This document shows positions 12,101 to 24,685 of a stretch of DNA of 64,000 nucleotides, piece by piece. Source of the DNA: Nymphaea colorata (Eukaryota). A program made the translations under genes and the position numbers. Every line of letters begins with the position of its first letter. The first letter of the stretch is position 1. The notes beneath the pieces are model-generated. The model searched no databases, had not been told where the DNA came from, and saw nothing but the letters and a program-made list of their open reading frames with translations. The stretch spans positions 33,046,001 through 33,110,000 of the forward strand of contig NC_045138.2 in NCBI RefSeq assembly GCF_008831285.2, read 5' to 3'.

Positions 12101-14979
12101 ATTCCTGTCAGTACGATAACAGCGTCTCACTGCTGAGCTACCAATCATACCCTCACACAGCGGACCATTAGCATCATACAACACAAAAACATCTCCACCT
12201 ATACAAACACTCGCCTGAGCGGCTGTGCCGCCTCCAGGGCTGGTACGTATGCCCACCACTGTTGTGTTGTACCCCTCGGTGCCGCAGCTACGTGAGCCCG
12301 CCACGAGCCCCGTGATGGTGGCTTTGATATCCGCCGGCATGCCGCCAACCCACTGCTATCCCTTTTGCTTGCTTCTGTTGCCCCCAAACGGCCGAACGCA
12401 AGACACCAGGTGGGTCTCATCTATACCGAGTACTGACACGAAAAACCGCAACGAGGTCAGCCTCCACGGCCACCGCGATGAAGCCAGCCTCCAATGCCAC
12501 CGCCTTGCCGGCCGTCAAAATCAGGCCGCTGAGATACCCCAGAAGATTTGGCTATGCAAGGCCAATGGAACTATTTTCAAACAATTGAGCACACGGTTTC
12601 AATCTCTCATTGGTTGCGCCTCCTCCCTCTTTCGCCCGAGCTTGTGGCTAAAACTATGACGACGTGCGTACGATAGGAACTGGAAACCTTTTTGAGACCG
12701 AAGTTTCCAAAAATCTGCAGGAACGCAGTGTCATAATATCACTTGTCTTGAATTGTAGAAATGCAAATCGATATTGATCAGGGGATTAGTTAAATTGTGA
12801 TACGGCACAAATGCTGGGCCAAAGTCTCTCTTGGCCGAAAACTCCTGAGAGTTAGTCATATTAAGAGACACAATCAACCCGCGCAGCCCATCACTCATCC
12901 CGCTACATCGACCACCGACCCCTGGCTGCTTGTTTATCTTTTTATAATCTCAGTAGTTAAGCTTTCGTGAAAACCGTCTAATATGTGTTCAAAGTAAATT
13001 TCTGCTAACTCGAATAGGGAAATACTTTAGCTCAAATAGGAAGATTATACCTTCGAAAATAGAATTCACGATACATTTCTGCCATCTTGGAAACAGAATA
13101 TTTTGCAATAGAAGGTAGTATCAAAACAATTACAGCTGGCGTTCTTTATTGGTTTTCCTTTAAGTAATTGAAAATTCACATGAACCTCTTCCTTGATGGA
13201 TAGAAAAATCACAAGAAGTAATTTATTCTCGAAATTATTGTTTTCGTATCAAACAATTTTAAAAGGACAAGTTGATGTTTGGTAAGAAAGCTATGAAGAA
13301 AAATAGTTTCAAGGGCCTGAAGCATAAGCAGATAAACAACCAGTTTACATTTTGAGCATATGAGGTATCAAAGTAAGAGTTAGTGTAGTGAAACATCGAA
13401 AGTAGGTCGTGTACCTTAGTGAACACTTAAATGCTTGCCCGACATCTATGAATCAGGGTTTGTCGTCGAATATTGGTTTCCTAAGATATTCTTGCAACTT
13501 TTGAATTGAGAAGAATCATGGGAACAATAAACACATAAAACCGGCCTTGGAGTTGGTCGTAACTGCCCAACTTTGTCTTCAACGTTCTTTCAAAAACGGT
13601 GGACTTCAGCACACAGGAGTTAGAGTGGCTGACGTTCATTACGGTCACATTCATCAGCAACCTGTTGAAATAGGAATTCCAAAAAATTCAGAAGAAGCAC
13701 CACAGAAAAGGTTACAACACGAACTTTTCCAACTTGTCAAGATCTTAACCACCTTTCAACTGAGTCCGCTCTCTAGCTAGTCATTGAAAATCTGAAATTA
13801 AGAGAAATACCCAAATTTAGTAATGATTAGCTTTTCTTTTTAGACACATTTGGTCACCGGAATCTTAAACCAAGATATAATTCTTCACCTGGCTGCTCGA
13901 GTAGGTCCTTCAAGTCCAAACTTAGCTAGAACAGAACTTGGATCCATAAGAGGAATTTTTTTTTCTCTTCCCAAGGGAATTTTGGGGGGTTTCTTTCTAA
14001 AAATCTGTAGCGCCAGGCCCGTGATTTGATTTGAAGATATTTGGCAATTATTCTATTACAGATCTCCTTTCTCTGAATTGTATGTGATCACTTTCGGCAT
14101 TGTGGAGAAAAAATAGTGGCCTCAAGTGGAGAACCAACCAGAGGCTTAAAATAACGGCAAGTTGGTTTCCCACTCAGCTCCGCCTGTCATTGTAAAACCG
14201 AATGAAAACCATGGGAAAAACCAGCAGCGAACCCCAAATGTGGCCTTCCAAGAAAAGCCTGCCGACCTCGCAAAGTGACGACAATCTTCGGAAGAATCCT
14301 GAACCCCACAGACATCAAAGAAATTGCGCTTAAGTATTCAAAAACTATGTGCTAGAAAGCTAGAGACAGCCGCCCAGCGGTTGATTCTTCTATCCTCGAG
14401 CAAAAGAGAAACCTGAAGATTAGTCTAGCCCCACCTATCACTGGTTCAGTCTTTTCACTCTTTTAGTAAGAAAATTGATGCTTAGGAATTTCCACTCAAG
14501 ATGCCTCATCTGTGGCCTGGATTCGGCATAGGCCTTGGATAATTTCTGGAAGGTACTTCATCTGCGACTTGGATGAGAGAGAGATTACTCAGAAAAGCTC
14601 AAATTTCACTTTGAATCGAAGTATTTGCACATAGAACAAGAAAACTTGTGCATTTTCTCTTCAAAGATCATATTTGGTATCTACCTTTTCAACAAACAAA
14701 CATCAGTCTTCCAACTTCCCAATATTTGGTAGCAGAACCGCAAACCTATACACACGCACACAAACAAAGAGCAAGAAAGAGAGAAGAAGAAGAAGAATTT
14801 GCAGTTTGTGTATTACAGTATATAAAAGTTTACACAATAGCGGATTGCTCAGTTTAACGCTACACCCAATTTCAGACACCACACCACATGGACGAGGACA
14901 TCAAAAAACCGGGACAAAAACTCTGATTCTTTATTTTTGGACGCCCTTAGCGAGAAGAGATACATCCGCTTCTGATTTT

Positions 14980-15243
14980 CTAATTCGGACCCCAACATAT
15001 CAAATGGTAGACCTTCTCCGCCTTCTCCGCTTCCCTCCTCCTCTTCTCCTCCAAGCTCACCCTTTTGGCGGAGTCCGCCGCCCCCGAGAACCGCCTCACT
15101 TGGTTACGCATGCCCCCATCCTTCTTGGCCGCCGGCTGCAGAGACTTCAACCCGCCGTCGACTTTGGGGCCCTGCTCCTTGACGGACTGGAGGACCCTCG
15201 CCCCCGCGCTCACACAGAACCTGCTCATGTACCTCAAACTCAT
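14980..15243 (-). CDS. Wound-induced polypeptide (DUF3774), copy 2, 87 aa
   Basis: MSLRYMSRFCVSAGARVLQSVKEQG...QVRRFSG...EAEKAEKVYHLICWGPN*. TATAAATAA lies on the minus strand at 15352-15360. Confidence 0.93.
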   Translation of the reverse strand: MSLRYMSRFCVSAGARVLQSVKEQGPKVDGGLKSLQPAAKKDGGMRNQVRRFSGAADSAKRVSLEEKRRREAEKAEKVYHLICWGPN

Positions 15244-15351
15244 GATCCTTCAATTCACCCACCAAGATCAATGGAAGAACCAACGGAAGACTCGATCTCG
15301 ATCTCGATCTGCCACTGGTGTTTTGACGAAAAGGCCAGACCGGGGGAGTTC

Positions 15352-15428
15352 TTATTTATAGTGTTCCATTGGTCTAAAACAAAGGCGGGTTTTTCTTAAA
15401 CCGACCGCTGTTTCCCCGCAGTGGTTTT
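15352..15428 (-). promoter_or_regulatory. Core promoter of WIP copy 2: TATA box, GGTTT/AAACC dyad and AAACCACTGC (ARE/HRPE-like)
   Basis: TATA 15352-15360, GGTTTTTCTTAAACC 15388-15402, GCAGTGGTTTT 15418-15428. The same layout recurs at paralogous promoters. Confidence 0.6.
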
Positions 15429-15517
15429 CCTGTTCAAGGCATCGCCGCTGTCCTGTACAACGCGCCACAAGCTGGGGAGACTCTTTAGAAAATAGTTTAT
15501 TGACGTTCGCCTGCGGC

Positions 15518-18500
15518 TAGGGCTGTTCAACGAGTCGAGCTACTCGAACTCGACTCGTTTAACTCGACTCGTATGTTTAAACGAGCCGCTTATTTAGTTA
15601 AACGAGTCGAGCTCGAGTTGATGAGCCGACTCGTTTAATTAATCGAGTCGAGTTCGAGTTCATGTAAGTGAACTCGTTAAAGCTCGAATCGGCTCGATTA
15701 TTTAGTGAACCGGTTTTTTTAAAACCGGTTCAGATGAAAAAGCGTCAAAGCGGGACGAGGTTTAGGGTTTCCTCATTTCATTTTCGTTCTCGAATCTCAC
15801 TTCTCCCTCTCTTTTGAAGTTTTCGCTCTCTCCGACTCTCCCTCTCTCGCCAGTCGCCTCTCGATCTCTCCGACTTCATCAACTCTTCTCTTCTCTAGTT
15901 CTCCCGTCCGGGATTCTCCGACGTCTGCAGGAGGAACCACCGAACCAATCGTCCGCGGGCCGCGTCCGTGGGCCACTTCAGCCTTCAAGGTCAGCCGGCT
16001 GCTCCGCCTTCGATTTCATCTGTTTTTTACCCGATTTCTTGTTGGATTCCTAACACAATTGTGATCTAAGTGTATAACAACTGATTTGAATGTTAACACA
16101 TCGTCTCCAGTGCAGATTCAAGTTTAGAGGGCGTCCCTCGATCTTCCTCTCCGGTTCTCTTTGATGGATCCGACAGTCCGGCAGCGAGCGGGTCTTTGCT
16201 CCTCCGGTTGATTCCGTGAATCGGTAGGGCTCTCTCTCTCTCTCCGGTTGCTACCTCAATATGCTAGTCCTCTGCTCTTGTTTTTGGGTTTTCTGTTTCG
16301 TCACTAAAGTTCTGCTTCCCATTTTTTCCGTTGTAAGAATGAGAAACTATCGACTGTTTGACTGTTTCTCTGCTTTTTTCTTTCTTTCTTTTTGCTTGTC
16401 TTATATGATGTTTAGTTTGAGGTTTCTGTCATGTGCTGCCAATATTAGGCTTATGGGGAGGGGGCTTGTTTGCATAGTTCATCTTTTTATGTTTCATCCA
16501 TGCTAAGTCGCTGGTCCCAAACAACGACAGTTAATTTCTTCGTTGCTAACTGCCAATTTTTTCATTTCCTTTTAACAATGACTTCTCCATTTTTCATTTC
16601 CTTTTCGAGTTCCAGTAGTAGTTTGATGTATCATTCCTTTGTCTTTAAGTACATATAAAACAGAGATATACGCGTTCTTTTAAGTAGTGGTTTGATGTAT
16701 CATTCCTTTGTCTTCGATTTGAGCTCGACCCTATTCGATAGAACTTGAGTTTTTTGAGTTGAGTCGATCTTAAGTTGACCTCGGCTGGTGTATAGCCCTA
16801 TCCTGAACACGTTAAACTCATAGTTAAAAATGTTCATGCATTTTGATGCTGATATTTTTCTGAGTTTTTTTTCCAGAAAATGAAATTCTAAAATATATAT
16901 TTATACATAATTTTGGATTGAGCAAACATGACGTTCACATGTTTTAAGGGACTCGGGCCAATCTTTTGAGGGCACATTTCGTTGCAGTGGGCACATAAAT
17001 GGCTATCTTTTTATATCATAAACTCAATATTTATGAGCCTATGATATTTTTCATTCTTTGCAGAAACTAGTCAAGGGCTTTCAGGTTGTAACACAAGTAA
17101 GTATATTTTGAATGAATTCTATTCATTAAATATACTGTGAATCATTTGTTAATTGATTATATGTATTTCTTTCAGGTTGAGGATGAATCAAGTGAATATA
17201 TATCATTAGAATGATTCAAGCTGCCTCTTGGTAATGCTTTTTTTTTTTTGTTTTGTTTTCTTCTTTTTCTTGATCTAATGTGATTCTAGTGTCTGTTTTA
17301 GTTGCCACTTGTAGTTTTTCTTGATCTTTTTCTGTATACTGGTTTTATTCATTTTGCTTATTTTTCTACTGTCTGTTTCAGATGGAAAACTTCTTGATGG
17401 TGAAGTTAAGCTATTAAAGAAAGTTCGCAGTGGGGTGAGTTATTATTGTTGCATTCTTTCTTGTTGAAAGCTTATAAAGCTTTAACTCTTGAACCATCTT
17501 TTATATCTTGCTAGATGAGAATCTCTAATTCTACAGATCATTCCTGCTATTATTAGGTTTCCAGCAATTCCAGTATTAGATTTCTACTGTAAGACGACAA
17601 CTTGTCAACATGTTGGTCGGATTTAGTGTTTTAAGTACCTCTTGGATTGGCTTCTAATGCAAAATTCATCAGCCAAAACAATCAGTAAGCAATTTTTCTT
17701 TTTCTCCTGCAGGTACGGAGTTTCTCTCGTTTCTTAAGGGCTGAACAAACATGTTAATAGCAGGAAGATTATGTCATGGAAGATTTTGTGCTGCCTTTGT
17801 ATCAGCCGACTAGCCATTGGCTAGTTCCAACAACGAGATGCTTTCATCTTACTTAATGTTTGTAAGTTCTATGGCATGGGTGCCTTTGCTCGTGCCCTTC
17901 TTCAATGTAATTCTGTTTCCTTGAAGTGTGAGAATTCTAGTTTTGGATTGGTTGTCCAAAATTACTGTTTTGCACTTGTTAAGGCAGTCGGCCTGTTGAT
18001 TTTATGATCTGTTGGGCCTGATTTACAGGGTTTGTAATGTACCCCAACTAGCATTTATCACGATGCTCCATGAAATGAATGTTTCAGCTATGTAGTAACT
18101 GGTAACAGCACTTGGATGTTTTAGGCGTTTCATGTTATTGTTCCATTTTTGTCTCATACTCCTTGTGCTTTTTTTGAATCTCATTGCATGATTTGGTAAG
18201 TTGGCATAATTGCTGATTTCATGTTTTGGCTACAAGTTAAGCAATTACAGCCCAGGATGTGGAGTCACCTGATGTGATTGTTCAATCTTGCAATCTGGTG
18301 CTTGAATGCTTGAATGCAATCTTGGTGTTGGTGGGCTTTTAAAAGTGCACCTTTTTATTAGTTTATGCAATAATTTGAATGCTTTCATCTATCTTGCTAT
18401 GAGCTTTGTATTCACTGCAATTACAGCGAGATATCTGTGTTCTATTTCCGACATTTTTCTGTCTTGGTCTCTGTCATTATTTTCTTAGTCCATTCGCCGT

Positions 18501-18838
18501 GGCTGCCTACCATTAAAAAGAAACTATTCTTGAAAAACTACAGAAATGAGTAATATTAATCGAGTAGTTAATGAGTTCGAGCCTTATCAAGCCTTATCGA
18601 GCTTCACATAGTCGAGCCGTAGTCGAGCTCGAGCTCAACAAGTTAGGATGCAAGTAAACGAGCTTAATCGAGCTTAATCGAGCCGAGCTCGAGCTCGACC
18701 ATTGACTATCGAGTCGAGTTCGAGCCAGGATAGTCGAGCTATAATCGAGTTCGAGTCGAGTCGAGCTCGTGTGTTATTTAGACGAGCCGAGTTCGAGCTG
18801 ACCGAGCTCGGGCTCGACTCGGCTCGTGTTCAGCCCTA
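15518..18838. mobile_element. Non-autonomous hAT DNA transposon, 3321 bp
   Basis: Perfect 8-bp TSD CCTGCGGC (15510-15517 and 18839-18846), TIR TAGGGCTG.../...CAGCCCTA, and dense subterminal CGAG/CTCG repeats at both ends. No transposase ORF seen. Confidence 0.93.
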
Positions 18839-19527
18839 CCTGCGGCGTAATGTGACGACATCCTGAATAATATATATTCGATGGAACTTTGTTGGAAGAT
18901 ACGGCTTCAATGTTTTGTTCGGTGCCTGTATCCATGTTATACAATGCACATGGTCGAGCACATGTAGTGTTGGGACAACGCTCGTCGCTGTACATTTTCA
19001 TGGTTTGACAGTGGGAAAGAGAAACTTTTTAAGCTTCATGGTTGAAGGGGAGGAAGGGAGGGGAGGGAAAAAGATTTCTAGTGCACCATGGCAGACAGTT
19101 TAGGACTCCAATTGTTAAAAGTGAAGGCATCCAGCTTCAATAGAACCCATAAATACATACATTGAATAAGATAGACGAGTAGGTGGATCAAATCCCGCTT
19201 GAAAGGTAGACGAAATTATTACAAGAAGAAGAAGATAAGTTAAAGTTGCTACCCTTTTTCTATTGCATTACTGTGGGCTCGCTTCCGCTACTGCTACCCG
19301 ACGAAAGAGACTCTTGAACATAAAATATTGAATTCCCGACGTATTCAAGGACAAGCAATCTTCACATTCTGCAGTTGGACTGTGCTCGAGGTGCATTCAG
19401 ACTTGCGTTGAGTTCGAATAACACCGTCACAGAAATAATCTTCTGTGTATGCTTTCGTTTTAAGTGTTTTCAAATCTCCAGAGGTCTTTAATTTGTAAGT
19501 CAACTAGCTCTTCAGGGCTAATTGTAT

Positions 19528-19653
19528 TGAGGCAGAGTCAAAAAAATAAAATTTTTATTAGAAAGACAAATTTTAACAGGAGTAAAAAAAAATTTATACA
19601 TTAAAGTGAAAATTTGCCAAGGCCCCTACCGCCCCACTTTTGGCTCTGCCCTG
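19528..19653. mobile_element. Short degenerate MITE (GGCAGAGCC-type TIR)
   Basis: Imperfect TIR GGCAGAGTCA / TGGCTCTGCC. The flanks AATTGTAT and AACTGTAC match at 6/8, consistent with a decayed 8-bp TSD. Related half-copies at ~5135, ~38379 and ~53711. Confidence 0.55.
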
Positions 19654-20169
19654 AACTGTACTGTACCCTTTTACAGTGGGTGTTTGGCTGACACCCTCAA
19701 AATTTTGATTTTGCGACATCCAAACACCCTCATAATATTTACAACTTTTTTGTTTTACCTTCCTTTTGTTTTATATTTTTCTCTCCTTTTGTTCTTTAAT
19801 TTTTTTTCTCCATCGGCTTAGGCTTTATGAAATCCACGGGCCTCGGGCTATAGGGTTCTCCCCATATACCCAACCATCGTATCTCATACATAGGCCGGCA
19901 ATTCTGCCGATTCAAGCCAACCTCTCTAAAAACTGGGCAACAACACAAAAAAACAGTAGTTTTTCAAAAGTATTCCAAAACTGTGTGCTAAAAAAGAAAT
20001 CACCTGCTTTTTCTATTCTATCAAGATTAAAATCTACACCTATCAGGTTCAGTTTCGCTCTCTTTTCCGAGATTTTTCAGGAAACCCCGGATTTCACCTG
20101 GAATCAGATCACCAAGGAAAAACTTCTCACACAACATCAACCCTCCAACTTTCCCAGGGCAGCAGTGGA

Positions 20170-20456
20170 CTTGTTATATGTACTGTTCCAAGGATCTAAA
20201 CATAGTCTGGTTTTCTAAAACCGGGAGTTGTTGGCAGCAGTGGTTTTCCTGTTTAAGGCATCGGTGCTGTACAACGTGCCCCAAACTGTGGAATTATTAA
20301 AAACAGCACAAAAGTGACGAGTGGGGGAAAGACTCTTTCTCCCTTCTGCGACTGCGACCGACCTACCCTTCCTTCTTGTCCCTCTCCTAAAGCATAAGTG
20401 ACGACATCCTGAATAATAAATATTTGTCAGTTGGAATATGCTACGAAGATACGCTT
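20170..20456 (-). pseudogene. Orphan paralogous WIP promoter without a detectable CDS
   Basis: 20170-20290 aligns with 15352-15475 (e.g. GCAGTGGTTTTCCTGTTYAAGGCATCG...CTGTACAACG). 20398-20456 aligns with 18852-18907 (GTGACGACATCCTGAATAATA...GAAGATACG). No CWGP-coding frame downstream. Confidence 0.7.
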
Positions 20457-22086
20457 TAGGATCTTTACGTATAATGCTTTGTGTCCGTATGTATTGATGT
20501 AGAACATATAGTTGAGCACCTGTGAAAATCTAAACTCCTCCATTGCATGTGTTGAACTACACACCTTAGTATGTAATCCGTAAAATAAAGCAAAACAACA
20601 TTCCAAATGCCTTAACACCAAAATCGCTCTCAAAAGCAAAGAGATTCATACTTTGATGTAAAAAAGAAAAACATTTGTAAAAAGCATTTGGATGGCAGCT
20701 CAAAATCAAGTTTTATCGGTTTTAAGAGGCAAAATCGAATTTTAACTAGAAAACCAGGTTGAGAGCGTGTTTGAATGACATAGATGCAGACTGATTTAAT
20801 CGAAGAAAGTGAATTAACAGGTTATATTCACATAAAACATATTACATAAGCGTAATAAAAACACAAAAAACCATTTTTTTGAAAATTCATTAAATATGTA
20901 TATATCGATCAATGGAAAACAAAGGGAAAAAGTCCAAGAAGCACGTAATTCCAAGTCTTCCACCGCCATCAAAATTTTACCGTAACGCTATCTTTCGGGT
21001 CCTAGAACCGCAAAAAATTGTACACCCCACTTTTCTTTTTGCAGAACTAACTGTGGGCTTACTTTCCTCACCGCTTAAAACGGATTCAGATGCCTCTACA
21101 CCCGAGAAGTCTTCAAAGTTTTAATCTTCAAATGTAGATTAGTGAATTCCTTTTTAATTTTTAATTCATTCACCCTTCCGGCCTTCGCTCTTTACGAGCC
21201 TTCTTACGTTGCATTTGTTCAACCTCAAATTTTGTTTCACCTTATATTCATCACGGACCTCCTCTAAATCCAAATATCAAAACTGAGGATCTCTCAAAAC
21301 TAACCATTTTATGCACGTTTGAACATAAGATCCGAGGCTACCAAATACATCCGTAATGACTCATTAAAGACTTACTTTTATGGATTTCATATTAGGTGTC
21401 CTGATTGAAATATCGTTTGCATGCTTTATGTCGCAAAATCTGATGTCGTGTCGTATGAAATAGATTTTCTGCGATATTGTAGAAGATATCTTAAATCTCA
21501 TAACAACGACCGTAGAAATCATGCCTTATTCACAAACTAACGGTGGAAAAAGTGCCTGTGACAGATTTTTTCTTTTCTTCTAGCTGTTGGCCTCCGATCA
21601 TCCATCCCAATCTCAAGCCAATGCAAGAAAGATATAGAGAGAGACCTTTCTCGTTTCGAACAGTGTTTATAGTAAGAATAACGCTTATGAGAATCGGACA
21701 GGAGATGCATTTCATATTGTGCCCCTGTCCAACAGGCTATACCTTGAAAGATTGGACACTATACTATGCCTCTTAAGAGAGATACACAGGAATAACGCTC
21801 ATGGAATTCGAACTGGGGACATGTCTCATCTTATCATCCATACCCTTTAAGAGAGACAGAGAGAGAGAGACGCAGTAATAACAATCACACCAATTGAATC
21901 GAACAGAAGACGAAAGAAAAATCGCAAGAAGAAACGGTTGGCAATCTCAGTTTAATTGAATGCCAACATCTGTGGTCGATCGCAAAGGGTAACGAAATCC
22001 AGCAGTAAACCAAAAAAAAAAAAAGTTGACGCCCCTGACTCACCAATTATGGCGTACAATGGAGAATATATTTTTCCGATGATTGT

Positions 22087-22341
22087 CTACTGGGGACCCC
22101 AGCATATCAAATGGTAGACCTTCTCCGCCTTCTCCGCTTCTCTCCTTTTCTGATCCTCCGGCGTCGCCCTCTTGGCAGCGCCCGAGAACCGCCTCATTTG
22201 GTTGCGGGCGCTCCCTTCCCTCTTGCCCGCCGGCTGCAGATTCTTGAACCCGCCGTCGATCTTGGCGCCCTGGTCCTTGACATATTGGAAGGCCCTTGCC
22301 CCCGCGTTCGCATAGATCCTGCTCATGTACCTCAAACTCAT
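22087..22341 (-). CDS. Wound-induced polypeptide (DUF3774), copy 3, 84 aa
   Basis: ATG at 22341: MSLRYMSRIYANAGARAFQYVKDQG...QMRRFSG...EAEKAEKVYHLICWGPQ*. Close paralog of copy 2. TATAAA on the minus strand at 22427-22432. Confidence 0.93.
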   Translation of the reverse strand: MSLRYMSRIYANAGARAFQYVKDQGAKIDGGFKNLQPAGKREGSARNQMRRFSGAAKRATPEDQKRREAEKAEKVYHLICWGPQ

Positions 22342-24685
22342 TCTCGATTCGATGCAATACTTTGAATCTGAAAACAAAAGGTCGTTCTGCTTCCTCCTGA
22401 GGCAGAACAAGCCACAGACTCTTTGATTTATAAGGGGGAGCCTTCAAAGAAGAAGATTCCCTGCGAGATCCCGGTTTTCCTGAAATCTGTGGCTTTCGGA
22501 TCGCGGGGATCTTTGCTGCAGTGGTTTTAATTTTTCTTTCTTCCGTTCAACGCGAGAACCAGAAAGTTGGACAACCTGGACCTTGTCCCGTATGGCGCAG
22601 AAGCCCACGGGCGGGCTCCATGAAATGAAATATGTGGAAACCACCGCCAACCATTCTTGACGGTTCACCGCCATGCTTGCTTCCTCCTCGTCTTTACTTC
22701 GCGTCATTACCAATTTGTTTCCGCCATTATTAAGTCTGGAACCACCCTGCTGGCTACGCACATTGCATTCAACTTTGTCATAATACTTGCATACAATTTT
22801 ACTTAGAATCGCCTTTAAACATTTCTAAGTTTTTGTCCTTTACATGGTAAAAAATTTATACATTCTCATCTAAATTTTAAGAAATTTAAAAATTGAGATT
22901 TTTTTTTGCTTTTGAGCATACCGTTCGCCCATGGTTTTGGAGACATTTTTATATTTTATTTAATAAAGTCAAAGCAACCAAATAACGATTTGTACATTTA
23001 AGGGCGAATGACACTAATTTGAAGAATGTCCAACATTAGTTAAAACAACAAAAATGTAATTTAGTGATCAAGAAAAACTACAAAAGATTGCATGCTATGC
23101 CAATTGACGTATTGCTAGTTCAACCTTTTATTTGATGGTTTTAGTGAAAAGTGAGACTTATTCTAAGAACAAAAGACAAATGGCCGTATTTTTAAAAATT
23201 ATAAGTGAAGTTAAGCACGAAAACAGAACATTAAGCATTAGTTATTTATAAATACAACACTAATTAGTTAACAGAAGATCACATTTAATCCCTAATAATT
23301 ACTATATTGTGTCCTCCTTTTTAGAACCATTAAACGTGTTCTCTACCCTTGTTTTAGAACATTAATTTGTTGTGCATTTTGGAGTTATATTCTTTTTACA
23401 GTTAATTAATTTGGTCAATGATAGAAACATTTTTTTTTTAACTGTTGGAGACCGTTTACATGGACAGAGCATTTTGCTGCTGGTTAGATATTCACCAGGG
23501 CAGAAACTTGGCTTTGATTCCCAAAAATCTTGGCAGTCCGCGTGCCTTTCGCTCTTTAATCACGTGGCTTCCTCAAGTTTATGCTTTTATTTTAAGTACT
23601 GATTTGCCTAGGTTTCCAAGTAAATTTGAACTCCCTTCTTATAGGCTCATTCAGATGTCACCTTCCTCTTAATTCTTCATACGTTGCGTCATAGAGAGTG
23701 GATTGTGCGTAACGTTATTTGGGGAAGCAACTATTTTCCAGTTCAATTCAAAGTTTTCCTTTCGTATGATTTTCCCATTTTCCGGCTGATTTAACACTGA
23801 TTTGGGGAAGCAACTTTCTCATTCATATCCCAAAAACAAAAAATTTTGATCACAAAGAGGTAAATTTCATGAATTGGTAATAATCAATTAAATGTCATAT
23901 TGATAAGCAGCTATTCAATATAAGATTTTCAGCATTTTTTTCTGATTCTAAGAAAGAAATCTAAATGTAAATGGATCGTGTAATCCCCATCTAATATGGT
24001 TCTCTATCAGCGTCGATCTTAAGGCACTGACCTCCGATACTGTAGTTGGTTCAGTAAGTCCTCTGTAATTTTAGACGGTGAGACCAACTCGTCTCCCCGC
24101 ATTGTCTGGACTCCCCGTCTAATTTTTCCAGCTAGAAAGAAATTTAGACCTTTTAAAGTGTCCGTGTTATGGAAGGGAGACGTTATCATTATCTCTCGGT
24201 CGCAATTTTTTTGGAAGCTGATAAAGAGATAATAGCTGGTTTGAGGATGTTACGAGATTTTCTTGCCCATTATCCTGCTGCCTAGATGTTCCACGAGAAC
24301 TTTCATTTTGTCTCGCTTGATCTAACTAGTTGTAATCTCTTTATTATAATGGTGGTACACCATGGACGCCATGAATGAATCATCTAGCTCTTCTCCTTTG
24401 CCGCGGACTCAGGCACCAAATGCCTAACCACGTAACACTCATTGTGTCCAGTTTCTTTTTTCTCTCTACCTCCTTTCTGACAGAAAGGCCACCGAATGAT
24501 CGAAGGAAGTCGCGTTTGCAGATGGCAGCCGCTGGTATTTTTCCAAACTGTGTACGACGGGAAGGTCCAAAACCGAGTCCGCTGTCCCCGTTCCGCCACC
24601 ATCGTCTCCAAAACCCAAGTAGCAAGAGGAGAGAAAGGTGAACGGGTCAATCTCCAGCAAGGAGGTCGCAGAGTGAGCGAGAGAG

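Noticed and set aside
15518..15705. Short CGAG/CTCG repeats as a CRISPR-like or satellite array
   Set aside because: The context is eukaryotic, there is no repeat-spacer periodicity, and they are explained as hAT subterminal repeats.
19678..19729. Hairpin GGGTGTTTGG...CCAAACACCC as a possible miRNA precursor
   Set aside because: The stem is only 10 bp. It resembles collapsed Tourist/PIF-like MITE termini rather than a pre-miRNA.
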